A DNA stretch of 51,134 nt. It comes from Elusimicrobiota bacterium (GTDB taxonomy: Bacteria > Elusimicrobiota > Elusimicrobia > F11). Positions 9,029-17,394 of this stretch are shown here, one piece after another. The translations under genes and the position numbers were made by a program. The notes beneath the pieces were generated by a model. The model was not told where the DNA came from. It searched no databases and saw only the letters and a list, made by a program, of their open reading frames with translations. Where the stretch lies: contig JBJXGI010000040.1 in assembly GCA_046153645.1 (NCBI GenBank), positions 1 through 51,134 on the forward strand, read 5' to 3'. Position 1 is the stretch's first letter, and the number at the start of each line of letters is the position of its first letter.

Positions 9029-9603
9029 TTTATCCAATGTGCCGAGAGGCATGGCAAATAAAACATGTTGGACGAGGCTGCCCCGCGGGTCAGAGGATGT
9101 TGTTGCATAGGGGGATTCTAACGGGAAGAAGGTGTTGGTACAAGTGAAAAAAATAAGCAGAGCCAGCCGATACGGACATATTTGCTCGTCATTTGAAATG
9201 TGAAACAGCTTAACAAGAAACTATTTTCTTAAAAAAGTAAAAATGAAGAAAAACGCCAAGATGAGGTCTCTGTGGTAAGGCGCGGTACTGTTTTTCCCCT
9301 GGATCTTTCCGGTCAGTTCTTTTATTTCATTCACTCTACTTATAATCATTGATAATCAATGTAAAAAAATCGCGATTGAATTAGAAATTTGCTCAAAATC
9401 ATCTCTACAAAAGAAACCGCAACTGGTGGGTTTAAGATAGGAGAAACATCCTAAGGTGGCACGGTTTGTTTTTATTTATCCTTTTTAACACCCTTTGCCG
9501 ATAAAAATAAGATCCTTAACTTTTCCATGCCTTATATTTTTAATGAATTATTCAACGACCATCAATACTTACTTAAATTCATTACAAGCAAATATTCGTT
9601 AAA

Positions 9604-10269
9604 TTAAGTTTCTGTCATTTTTGAAAAATTATTTACATCAGTTTTATCTGGCTTGGATCGTACGTAAGATTTTTTATTTTTTCGAACATAAACCGCATTT
9701 ATTATTTTATCAGCGAGTAACATTGGAATAATTTCTGATCTTGTTAGCCATTTCCCGTTTTCCAATTTAAATTTTTCTAACGAGCCTTTTTTATTATGAT
9801 CAGCATCGATGATTCGACTCCTTTCAATAAATTGTTCTTTGCCCTTTGTAAAACCTTCGATTATCTGGATCGCCTCCAAAACACTGTTGAATTCTGCATC
9901 TGTAAGATTCCCTATTTTTTTATCCAAATCTAGACCGGTCAGTTTTTTAATGAGTTTACGGTAATTCTCTGTATTATTCTCATGGGAAGGTGCATATCGG
10001 GCGATTGCACTGAAAAGGGTTAAACCAGAATATGTTTTTCCTTTGAGAAGGGCAGCCAAAGCTTGACGACCGGCTTGATATGTTGGAAAAATTGCAAAAC
10101 CACCGGCTGATCCAATGGCACCATATTTTGAAGAGAAGCCGCCTGGCCTGATATTACCGGGATTATTATTTCTCCACGCTCTTGATCCACCGGTTCTAAT
10201 TATCATGTTTTCTTTATTGTCATAATAAATTACGGAGTTATCTTTCCCTGATTTTGCTCTTGTATACAT
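9604..10269 (-). CDS. Lysozyme-like (RNNNPGNI) domain fused to a C-terminal DUF3892-like domain
   Basis: GGSRAWRNNNPGNIR, GFAIFPT and ARYAPSHENNTENY; C-terminal KFKLENG...YVRSKPDKTDVNNF resembles DUF3892. No signal peptide. Confidence 0.65.
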   Translation of the reverse strand: MYTRAKSGKDNSVIYYDNKENMIIRTGGSRAWRNNNPGNIRPGGFSSKYGAIGSAGGFAIFPTYQAGRQALAALLKGKTYSGLTLFSAIARYAPSHENNTENYRKLIKKLTGLDLDKKIGNLTDAEFNSVLEAIQIIEGFTKGKEQFIERSRIIDADHNKKGSLEKFKLENGKWLTRSEIIPMLLADKIINAVYVRKNKKSYVRSKPDKTDVNNFSKMTET

Positions 10270-10287
10270 GTGATTTCCCCTATATTT

Positions 10288-10686
10288 TTATTTAACCATT
10301 TCAATTCTATCCAATGATAATAATATCGGCATATGATGATGAGCGGTGTGGGCTGAAAAAAGTGTCCCTATCGCCAAAACTTTTTTCTTTTCAAAATTAA
10401 AATCTTTAATCTTTTCGTTATTAGGAACAAGTTGAACCTTATCAACAATTAAATTATTTTGAAGGAATTCGTCATTCCCTTTTTTAACGCAAATCTTTTT
10501 TGAGAGATAAAGAATCAAACTTTTCTCTGATTTTTGTTCGGCATCTTTAAAATTCTCCCATCTAACAATTCCAATTAACTTTATTTCTTTAGATTCCAGA
10601 GAAAAACACCGCGGCTCTTGATTGGCTTGCAAGGAGGCAATTCCAAATAGAAAAAATAAGCAGGAAAATAACTGAGCTAATCGCAT
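10288..10686 (-). CDS. Exported DUF4431-like protein
   Basis: Signal peptide from ATG 10686; ILYLSKKICV, VDKVQLV and GTLFSAHTAHHHMPILL. Confidence 0.65.
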   Translation of the reverse strand: MRLAQLFSCLFFLFGIASLQANQEPRCFSLESKEIKLIGIVRWENFKDAEQKSEKSLILYLSKKICVKKGNDEFLQNNLIVDKVQLVPNNEKIKDFNFEKKKVLAIGTLFSAHTAHHHMPILLSLDRIEMVK

Positions 10687-10757
10687 ACTTTCCAATCAAA
10701 CATAAAGTCTGACGTAGAGTCAAGTTACGCTTTGAAGTGTCTTTTTACCTCCGATGA

Positions 10758-11738
10758 GGTAACGCAAGGAATTCTGTGTAACTTGAAGTGAGTTTTTCTC
10801 CAATTTAATTACTTCCATAAAGGTTTGTTGAGCCAGATAGAATTTTGGCGATGGAAGATGGCAAAGATAATGCGTTCCAAGCTGGGTAAATTGTTAAAGG
10901 TAGACATGGGCCTGGTGCGCCTGCGAACCTCTCTGAAAACGCGTTCAATGATATTGGTGGTACGAAGTTTAACCCAAAGAGATTTTGGACAGCTGAAGAA
11001 ATGGAGGAGTGAGTCGAGATCCTGCTCCAAACAACTTCAGCTGCATTAGCCAAGCCCGTATTCCCATCAATCACAATTAGTTTGAGTAACGAGCCATTTA
11101 AACCGCGTTGATAAAGAGAATTCAAGAAAGCTTCCCAAGCGGCTTGCGACTCACCGCGGTTGGCCATGCGAAAGGCCACCAGCTCACGAATGCCGTTGGC
11201 TTTAATCCCATAGGCCACGAGAATACATCGACGTTTGCTTTTGATGGGGCTTTTCATTTTCAGGTAAACCCCATCGAAGATGAGATAGAGATAGTCATCA
11301 CTGAGGCGCCGTTCATGAAACTTTTGAACGTGAACATCCAGTATTTTTGTGATTCCACTGACCGTGGTAGAGCTAAGGGCGTTTTCGCCTGCTAAAGGAG
11401 CCAGGACTTCTTTAACACGACGCGTACAAACACCAGCCAGAAACATTTCCAAGACGGTTTGATCCAGATCCGGCGATCGCCGCGCATAGGAATCAATGAC
11501 ATGGGGTTGTAGATTCCCATCGCGAACGCGAGCCAGCTTTAAGTTGGAAATATATCCAAAAATCGTTCCAAAAGTCATGTTTAACATGACCCCAGCGGAA
11601 CGAAAAGTCTTTATGTGTGAACAATAATTCTGATACAGTTGACATGGGTTATTTCTCCTCTTTGTATTTTCAGTACATTTGGAGAATAACCCACTTTTTT
11701 TGCCTTTTGACAAATTACACAGGATAGCGTACATAACC
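10758..11738 (-). mobile_element. IS256-family element with both terminal inverted repeats and an internally deleted, frameshifted transposase
   Basis: TIRs ggtaacgcaaggaattctgtgtaacttg (10758-10785) and the reverse complement of 11711-11738 (ggttatgtacgctatcctgtgtaatttg) match 20/28. Transposase motifs GVCTRRV, YLIFDGVYLK, IDGNTGL and RTTNIIERVFREVRRRTR are split over different frames. Confidence 0.88.
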
Positions 11739-11811
11739 TATTAATAATATTAGTTTCCATTTTTTAAAAATTATATCTATGATGATTTTCAGACTGTGAG
11801 AGGATCTATAT

Positions 11812-12747
11812 ATGTTTCGAAAAATTGCTACGGTAGTTTTAATGTCTGTTATATCAACCCATGCCTCTTCTAAGTATGAGCCACCGAATGGTCAAACGTT
11901 GCTGATCATTGGCCAAGATATCGATTCCATTCGTACTTATCTCCAAGACCTTGGAAAAGTTCCTGCCGGTTTTATGTCTTATACATCACTGGAAAATTTA
12001 GAAGGTTTAACCACCATGGCTGACCCAGGTGGCGGTGTTCAATTTGCTCAGCCTTTGGTAGATGAATATCCCAATACGGTGTGGCAACTGGGTCTTTATT
12101 TGGTGGGTCAACTGGAAGGAATCAATCAGGGCCGGTATGATGAGCGAATAGATAAGTTGGGCGAATGGTTACGATCAACCAGGCGACCTGTATTTTTGCG
12201 CATTGGTTACGAATTCGATTTGCCCGCCAATAAATATGATCCACAGCAATATGTAAAAGCTTACCGTCGGATTGTAGAACGGTTTCGAAAAAAAGGAATT
12301 ACTAACGTTGCCTTTGTGTGGCACTCGTATGCGCAGGGTCAGCCGGAACGCTTTATGGAGTGGTATCCTGGTGATGATTATGTCGATTGGGTGGGCGCTT
12401 CTTACTTTAATCAATTTCCAAAATTTGTGAAGCAAGTCGGAGACTTGGCCTCACGACTCAATAAACCATTTATGCTCGCTGAAACCAGCTCATGGCACAT
12501 TAAGAACGATAAGCAGCGCAGCTTATTTTTTGAGCGAATGTTTGCAATAATAAAAGAAAAAAATGTGAAGGCCCTAAGTTATATAAATGCCGATTGGGAT
12601 TCTCAAAACATGTGGAAGGATTTAAAATTTGGCGACGGACGGGTTCAGCCTTATCCGGAAGTATTGCAGCTTTGGGAAAAAGAAACTTCCTCTCCTGCTT
12701 TCATTAAATCTTCGCCTTCTATGTTTTCAATGCTAGGATTTGAGTAG
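11812..12747 (+). CDS. Secreted glycoside hydrolase family 26 (beta-1,3-xylanase/mannanase-like)
   Basis: Signal peptide, PPNGQTLLIIGQD, FLRIGYEFD (acid/base), WYPGDDYVDWVG and KPFMLAET (nucleophile). Confidence 0.85.
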   Translation: MFRKIATVVLMSVISTHASSKYEPPNGQTLLIIGQDIDSIRTYLQDLGKVPAGFMSYTSLENLEGLTTMADPGGGVQFAQPLVDEYPNTVWQLGLYLVGQLEGINQGRYDERIDKLGEWLRSTRRPVFLRIGYEFDLPANKYDPQQYVKAYRRIVERFRKKGITNVAFVWHSYAQGQPERFMEWYPGDDYVDWVGASYFNQFPKFVKQVGDLASRLNKPFMLAETSSWHIKNDKQRSLFFERMFAIIKEKNVKALSYINADWDSQNMWKDLKFGDGRVQPYPEVLQLWEKETSSPAFIKSSPSMFSMLGFE

Positions 12748-12772
12748 TCGGAATATTGGTGTTATACGGCGC

Positions 12773-13061
12773 TCAAGATGGTTCCGTGTGCATAATTTAA
12801 ACGAGTGCTTCGGCCTGCTCTTTGGTAAAGCTTCCCGCAACTTCAAGTCGAGGGATTGCTATTTCTTGCTCCATCCAACAGTTCATTCCTAATCTTTGAA
12901 AGAATAACTTGGCTTACAAGGTGATATGCCACGTCCTGAGCAATCGAATAATGCACTTTAGGAGATGCGCTTCCCTCCACTGAAACATACTTCGAATAGT
13001 GGCGACTGGTACATCCAGAAAGAAAGAGTCGTGCCAATGCCCCGATTACTTTGGTCTTCAT
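12773..13061 (-). pseudogene. Decayed lipoprotein gene, cassette-like
   Basis: GAGGAG RBS and MKTKVIGALARLFLSGC (lipobox LSGC). A plausible C-terminus (EIAIPRLEVAGSFTKEQAEALV*IMHTEPS*) lies in another frame. Flanked by complementary core-like sites. Confidence 0.45.
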
Positions 13062-13330
13062 GAAATTCTCCTCAGCCGTATAAACATAATAGCTGCATTT
13101 CTTAATGAAGGTTTGCCGAAGGTCCGCGGTGAAATGGTGTTAACCATTTTCAGCTATTTACCCGCCATTTGTGTGGAGGGCAACTTAAAGCGGGCGATAA
13201 AAATATTGGGAGTTCCGAGGTTGATTCAGGTTGTTAGTTAGAAATATTCTTTAGAAAGACTTTATTTGTTTTCATTATTAATGCGCTATGGCTTTATTTC
13301 AGTCGGAGTTTTTCCACGTCTCGCCGCTGG

Positions 13331-13588
13331 TCAGGAATGTGAGCGGGCACGGGTAAGATAACCACTCAATACCACCGAAATGATTATGGCCAACGCCAGA
13401 TCTAGTATGAAGGCCCAAAGGAAAAAATCCTCCCTCCACATATTCCCACCTCGACGAAAAAAAGTGAACGGCAAGCCAGCCATCCGAAAACCGTCTGACA
13501 TGGGCTCGAGCCGAGTTGTCCACCAAGGGTAAACATTTGCCCCAACAAAAAGTGAAAATACAGTAAGAAAAGAGACAGTCTTTTTCAT
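13331..13588 (-). CDS. Small two-TM membrane protein of unknown function
   Basis: MKKTVSFLTVFSLFVGANVY...AGLPFTFF...FLWAFILDLALAIIISVVL; two hydrophobic segments. Confidence 0.55.
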   Translation of the reverse strand: MKKTVSFLTVFSLFVGANVYPWWTTRLEPMSDGFRMAGLPFTFFRRGGNMWREDFFLWAFILDLALAIIISVVLSGYLTRARSHS

Positions 13589-13693
13589 TCTCATCCCTAT
13601 CATAGATTAGTCCGCAAAATTGCAGACTTATTTTTTATCATCACACCGAAATTGTACTCGAAAAAGGAATTTATTTTTCTCAGGAAAACCCGT

Positions 13694-13804
13694 TCATAGC
13701 CCTTCGGGTTTCCATGGCTTTTGGGCGCCGCGGCGAATAATCGATCTATATAATTCTTCTGTATCTTTTTGGGCTTGAAGTGTCAGCTTAACGCGATATG
13801 CCAT
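13694..13804 (-). pseudogene. Truncated RelE/ParE-family toxin
   Basis: Manual translation MAYRVKLTLQAQKDTEELYRSIIRR...* (36 aa); overlaps the antitoxin 3' end; typical ParE N-terminus. Confidence 0.65.
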
Positions 13805-13985
13805 ATTTTTTACGCATATGTTTATCAAACTTTTCTAATGGCAGCACATCTCCTTTTTTGGATTGTGAAACGCCTTTTTAAATAGAAGAAATAGCTTCAT
13901 AGTGGTCGGCCAGCTCTACTAATTTTTGATAAAAACCTGCATCTTGAACGATAATGGCCGCTTTTCCATTGATGGTGAGAACCAT
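13788..13985 (-). pseudogene. Phd/YefM-family antitoxin, N-terminally truncated, with an internal stop
   Basis: MVLTINGKAAIIVQDAGFYQKLVELADHYEAISSI*KGVSQSKKGDVLPLEKFDKHMRKKYGISR*; in-frame TAA at 13878-13880. Confidence 0.75.
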
Positions 13986-13993
13986 GGTCTGCC

Positions 13994-14485
13994 TCATAGT
14001 CCAAAGCTTTCATTTGGGCATTCGATTGAGTTTGGTTTGAGGGGTTTAAATCTCATTATTTTGAGATCGATTTTCCATGCAGACTTAGAAAGGATCCATT
14101 CACTTTCATTGATATCGCTTTGGATTATGCCGACTAAAGTTGTATCCGGCGGGCCATCCTGATTTGATTGAATTCTGCAGCCGATACTTGGAAACTCTTT
14201 TTTATTTAACTTTGGAAGAACCAGGACATCGACGACTTTTCTTGTAGCTTTATTCCCATCTCTTTTGAGTGTTTCCAACAGCCAAAGCATATTAACGGGT
14301 CCCTTTGAATATTGTTCAACACCAATTTCTGGGGATTCGGTAATCAACCATCCACCTTCGTAAGTAAATCCTTCTGCTTCGTTCACGTACGTCATACCTA
14401 TGGCGTGTTTTGGATCAAAATCTTGGCTGTAAACTGATCCAATAGCAATAATGCTCAATAGGAAGTAAGAAACTGTTCTTTTCAT
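13994..14485 (-). CDS. Exported hypothetical protein
   Basis: GGAG RBS, then signal peptide MKRTVSYFLLSIIAIGSVYS; intact 163-aa ORF with two Cys. Confidence 0.65.
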   Translation of the reverse strand: MKRTVSYFLLSIIAIGSVYSQDFDPKHAIGMTYVNEAEGFTYEGGWLITESPEIGVEQYSKGPVNMLWLLETLKRDGNKATRKVVDVLVLPKLNKKEFPSIGCRIQSNQDGPPDTTLVGIIQSDINESEWILSKSAWKIDLKIMRFKPLKPNSIECPNESFGL

Positions 14486-14577
14486 GAAAAACTCCAAACG
14501 GTCAAACAACATAGATTAGCCCGAAAAATCAGGGGCGGCTTATTAAAATGATAGCTTTTCCTTAAAATATTTTCTGC

Positions 14578-14607
14578 TTTACGACCCCCCTATAAATAGC
14601 CTATAAT
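14578..14607 (+). promoter_or_regulatory. Putative sigma70 promoter of rpsO
   Basis: TTTACG-18 nt-TATAAT, about 130 nt upstream of rpsO. Confidence 0.55.
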
Positions 14608-14622
14608 CGTGTCATTATATTG

Positions 14623-14708
14623 TTCGTCGTTTACGAACCTTTTAGTCGGGAGTCTCGTTTTTGACCCTCTTGCCGGTGAGGCAGGGTGATACATTTAAGA
14701 GCGACGAA
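14623..14708 (+). promoter_or_regulatory. Candidate structured rpsO leader
   Basis: ttcgtcgttt pairs with gagcgacgaa and encloses the hairpin accct-cttgccggtgag-gc-agggt. Confidence 0.45.
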
Positions 14709-14735
14709 GGAAAATTCAAAGTTGGAGTTTAAAAG

Positions 14736-15002
14736 ATGATAGGAAAAGACGCTAAAGCCAAAGCAGCTGAGCCCTTTCGGTTGCACAAAACAGATACTGG
14801 GGGAACCGCTGTTCAAGTTGCTACATTAACAGCTCGGATTACCGACCTTTCAAATCACATGACGGGAAATAAAAAAGATTTTGCTTCTCGTTTGGGATTG
14901 TTGAAAATGGTAGGTCAACGACGCAGATTGTTGAATTATCTCAATGATTCTAATCCCTCTCAGTATAAAAAAGTCATTTCTGAATTAAATCTCAGAAAAT
15001 AA
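14736..15002 (+). CDS. rpsO: 30S ribosomal protein S15
   Basis: HKTDTGGTAVQVA, KKDFASRLGLLKMVGQRRRLLNYL and LNLRK; upstream of pnp. Confidence 0.97.
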   Translation: MIGKDAKAKAAEPFRLHKTDTGGTAVQVATLTARITDLSNHMTGNKKDFASRLGLLKMVGQRRRLLNYLNDSNPSQYKKVISELNLRK

Positions 15003-15015
15003 TCCATTTAAAAAT

Positions 15016-15086
15016 GCACCGATTCCACAATAAAAGAAGCCTTGTTTTCAAGGCTTCTTTTATTGTTTGGGGTCGGTGTTTTTTTT
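15016..15086 (+). terminator. Long intrinsic terminator hairpin after rpsO
   Basis: Perfect inner stem acaataaaagaagccttg-tttt-caaggcttcttttattgt, outer stem gcaccgattcca/tggggtcggtgt, then a T8 run. Confidence 0.8.
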
Positions 15087-15213
15087 CTAGAAAACACCTT
15101 GTTGCTGGCACACCATCCCAAAAAGATGGAGGGATGCATTAACTTCTCTGAATTTCAGAGGGGAGAATGGATCCCTGCCAACAAGGGTTTTCTTCACTAT
15201 TAAGGAGAAAAAA

Positions 15214-17391
15214 ATGTTGAATGAACACACAAAAACAAAAATCAGTTTTACTCTCGGTGGAAAAGAAATTTCCGTTGAAACGGGGGAAGTAGCAAAACAA
15301 GCCCGCGGTTCTGTTTTGGTTCGATGCGGAGATAGCGTTATTCTTGTAACCGCCTGTATTAGTCATGAAGCCAAAGAAGGAATTGATTTTCTTCCATTAA
15401 CAGTTGATTATAGAGAAAGAACTTATGCCGCGGGTCGAATTCCCGGTGGGTTTTTTAAAAGAGAACAACGCCCAAAAGAAGCTGAAATTTTAACAGGTCG
15501 TCTTATTGATCGAAGCGTTCGCCCTCATTTCCCAGAAGGCATGCACAACGATATTGTTATTAGCGTTATGCTTCTTTCTATTGACGAAGAAAATAATCCT
15601 GACATGCTTGGTATTATCGGCGCCAGTTTTGCTTTGGGTTTATCAGATATTCCTTGGAATGGTCCTATTGTGGGCCTTCGAGTGGGAATGGTAGATGGTA
15701 AGTTTATTGCTAATCCAACCTACAAAGAGCAAGAAGAAAGTGTTTTAAATTTAGTGGTCGCTGGGAGAAAAGGTTCTCCTGTTATGATTGAAGGTGGCGC
15801 CAAAGAATTAACCGAAGAACAACTCGTTTCCGCTCTCGCTTTTGCTCAAGAACAAATTGATCAAATTTGCGAAGTTCAAACGAAGGCTTTTGAGAAATAC
15901 GGAAAGAAAAAATTCCATTTTGAAGCGATAAAATTAGATGAGAATATCCGTAAAGAAATGGAAGCCAAAGTGGGCGATAAACTTAAAGCCGCTCTTCGTG
16001 TTCCAGAAAAACTAGAAAGAGAAGATGCGATTGCTAATCTAAAATCCGAAGCTTTAAAAGAATTGGCTGGATCTTATGAAGACTCAATGGCTTTTGCTCC
16101 GGCTCTTGTTGAAGATATTATTTATAGAGAAGTCAGACGAATGATTCTTCAGGACAAGGTTCGCCCTGATGGTCGTCCTTATAATAAAGTGCGTTCCATT
16201 TCGGGTCAAGTTGGTGTCCTTCCCCGGTCTCATGGTTCAGCTCTTTTTACCCGTGGCCAAACCCAAGCTTTAGCAACAGCCACATTAGGTACCCCGGCTG
16301 ACATGCAAATCATTGATAATCTTTTAGGTGAATATAAAGAGAGATTTATGCTCCACTATAATTTCCCGGCCTTTTCTACCGGTGAAGCTCGTGGTGAAAG
16401 ATCTCTCGGTCGCCGTGAAATTGGACATGGAAATTTAGCTCGTCGTGCATTAGAACCACTTCTTCCTGGTGAAGATACTTTTCCTTATACCATGAGAGTT
16501 GTTTCAGACATTATGGAATCAAATGGATCTTCTTCTATGGCCTCTGTTTGCGGCGGAAGTTTAGCGCTTTTTGATGCGGGTGTTCCTTTAAAGTCAGCTT
16601 GTGCTGGTATCGCCATGGGCCTTATCAAAGAAGGAAATGATGTGGCTGTATTAACCGATATTATTGGCTTAGAAGATTTTATGGGTGATATGGACTTCAA
16701 AGTCGCTGGAACAAGAGATGGCATTACCGCTGTTCAAATGGATATTAAAATTGCCGGAGTTACTTTGGATATTATGAAAGTCGCCTTGGCTCAAGCAAAA
16801 GAAGCGCGTTTGCATATTTTAGGAATCATGGAATCTGTTCTTAATACAAATCGTGAAGAACTTTCTCGATTGGCGCCAAGAATGATTACTGTGGATATTC
16901 CCGTTGATAAAATTGGAGCCCTTATTGGTCCTGGCGGAAAAAATATTCGCAATCTTCAAGAAGAAACTGGCGCTACCATTGAAGTGGGAGATGATGGCCG
17001 AGTTTATATTTCAAGTACCAATGCTGATTCTGTTGAAGCCGCTCGAACGATGGTAGATGGAATGTCTGCCGTTCCTGAAATTGGGAAAACATATAAAGCC
17101 AGGGTTGTTAAAGTCATGCCAAAATTAGGCGTTTTTGTTTCATACATGCCTGGTAAAGAAGGATTGGTTCATATTTCTCAATTAGCGCATCAACGTGTTG
17201 AACGCGTTGAAGATGTGGCCAATGAGGGCGATGAATTCGACGTGAAGTTGCTTGATATTGATAATCAAGGTAGAGTTAATTTATCTAAAAAAGCACTCAT
17301 GCCCCTTCCAGAAGGATATGTTCCTCGTGAAGAGCGTCCCAAAAGAGATGGAGATTTTTCATCCCGTGGAGGACGCCGAGAGAGAGGGTAA
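15214..17391 (+). CDS. pnp: Polyribonucleotide nucleotidyltransferase
   Basis: FLPLTVDY, GRIPGGFFKRE, HGSALFTRGQTQ, SNGSSSMAS and DFMGDMDFKVAG; KH and S1 domains. Confidence 0.98.
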   Translation: MLNEHTKTKISFTLGGKEISVETGEVAKQARGSVLVRCGDSVILVTACISHEAKEGIDFLPLTVDYRERTYAAGRIPGGFFKREQRPKEAEILTGRLIDRSVRPHFPEGMHNDIVISVMLLSIDEENNPDMLGIIGASFALGLSDIPWNGPIVGLRVGMVDGKFIANPTYKEQEESVLNLVVAGRKGSPVMIEGGAKELTEEQLVSALAFAQEQIDQICEVQTKAFEKYGKKKFHFEAIKLDENIRKEMEAKVGDKLKAALRVPEKLEREDAIANLKSEALKELAGSYEDSMAFAPALVEDIIYREVRRMILQDKVRPDGRPYNKVRSISGQVGVLPRSHGSALFTRGQTQALATATLGTPADMQIIDNLLGEYKERFMLHYNFPAFSTGEARGERSLGRREIGHGNLARRALEPLLPGEDTFPYTMRVVSDIMESNGSSSMASVCGGSLALFDAGVPLKSACAGIAMGLIKEGNDVAVLTDIIGLEDFMGDMDFKVAGTRDGITAVQMDIKIAGVTLDIMKVALAQAKEARLHILGIMESVLNTNREELSRLAPRMITVDIPVDKIGALIGPGGKNIRNLQEETGATIEVGDDGRVYISSTNADSVEAARTMVDGMSAVPEIGKTYKARVVKVMPKLGVFVSYMPGKEGLVHISQLAHQRVERVEDVANEGDEFDVKLLDIDNQGRVNLSKKALMPLPEGYVPREERPKRDGDFSSRGGRRERG

Positions 17392-17394
17392 AAT

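Noticed and set aside
9220..9335. Short minus-strand frame VNEIKELTGKIQGKNSTAPYHRDLILAFFFIFTFLRK as a gene remnant
   Set aside because: Too short, no RBS and no confident family resemblance.
9457..9472. Sigma54 promoter at TGGCACGG
   Set aside because: No TTGC at the -12 position and no plus-strand gene downstream.
10805..11734. 309-aa ORF as an intact transposase
   Set aside because: Its N- and C-terminal parts are off-frame readthrough; the real termini are in other frames and segments are missing.
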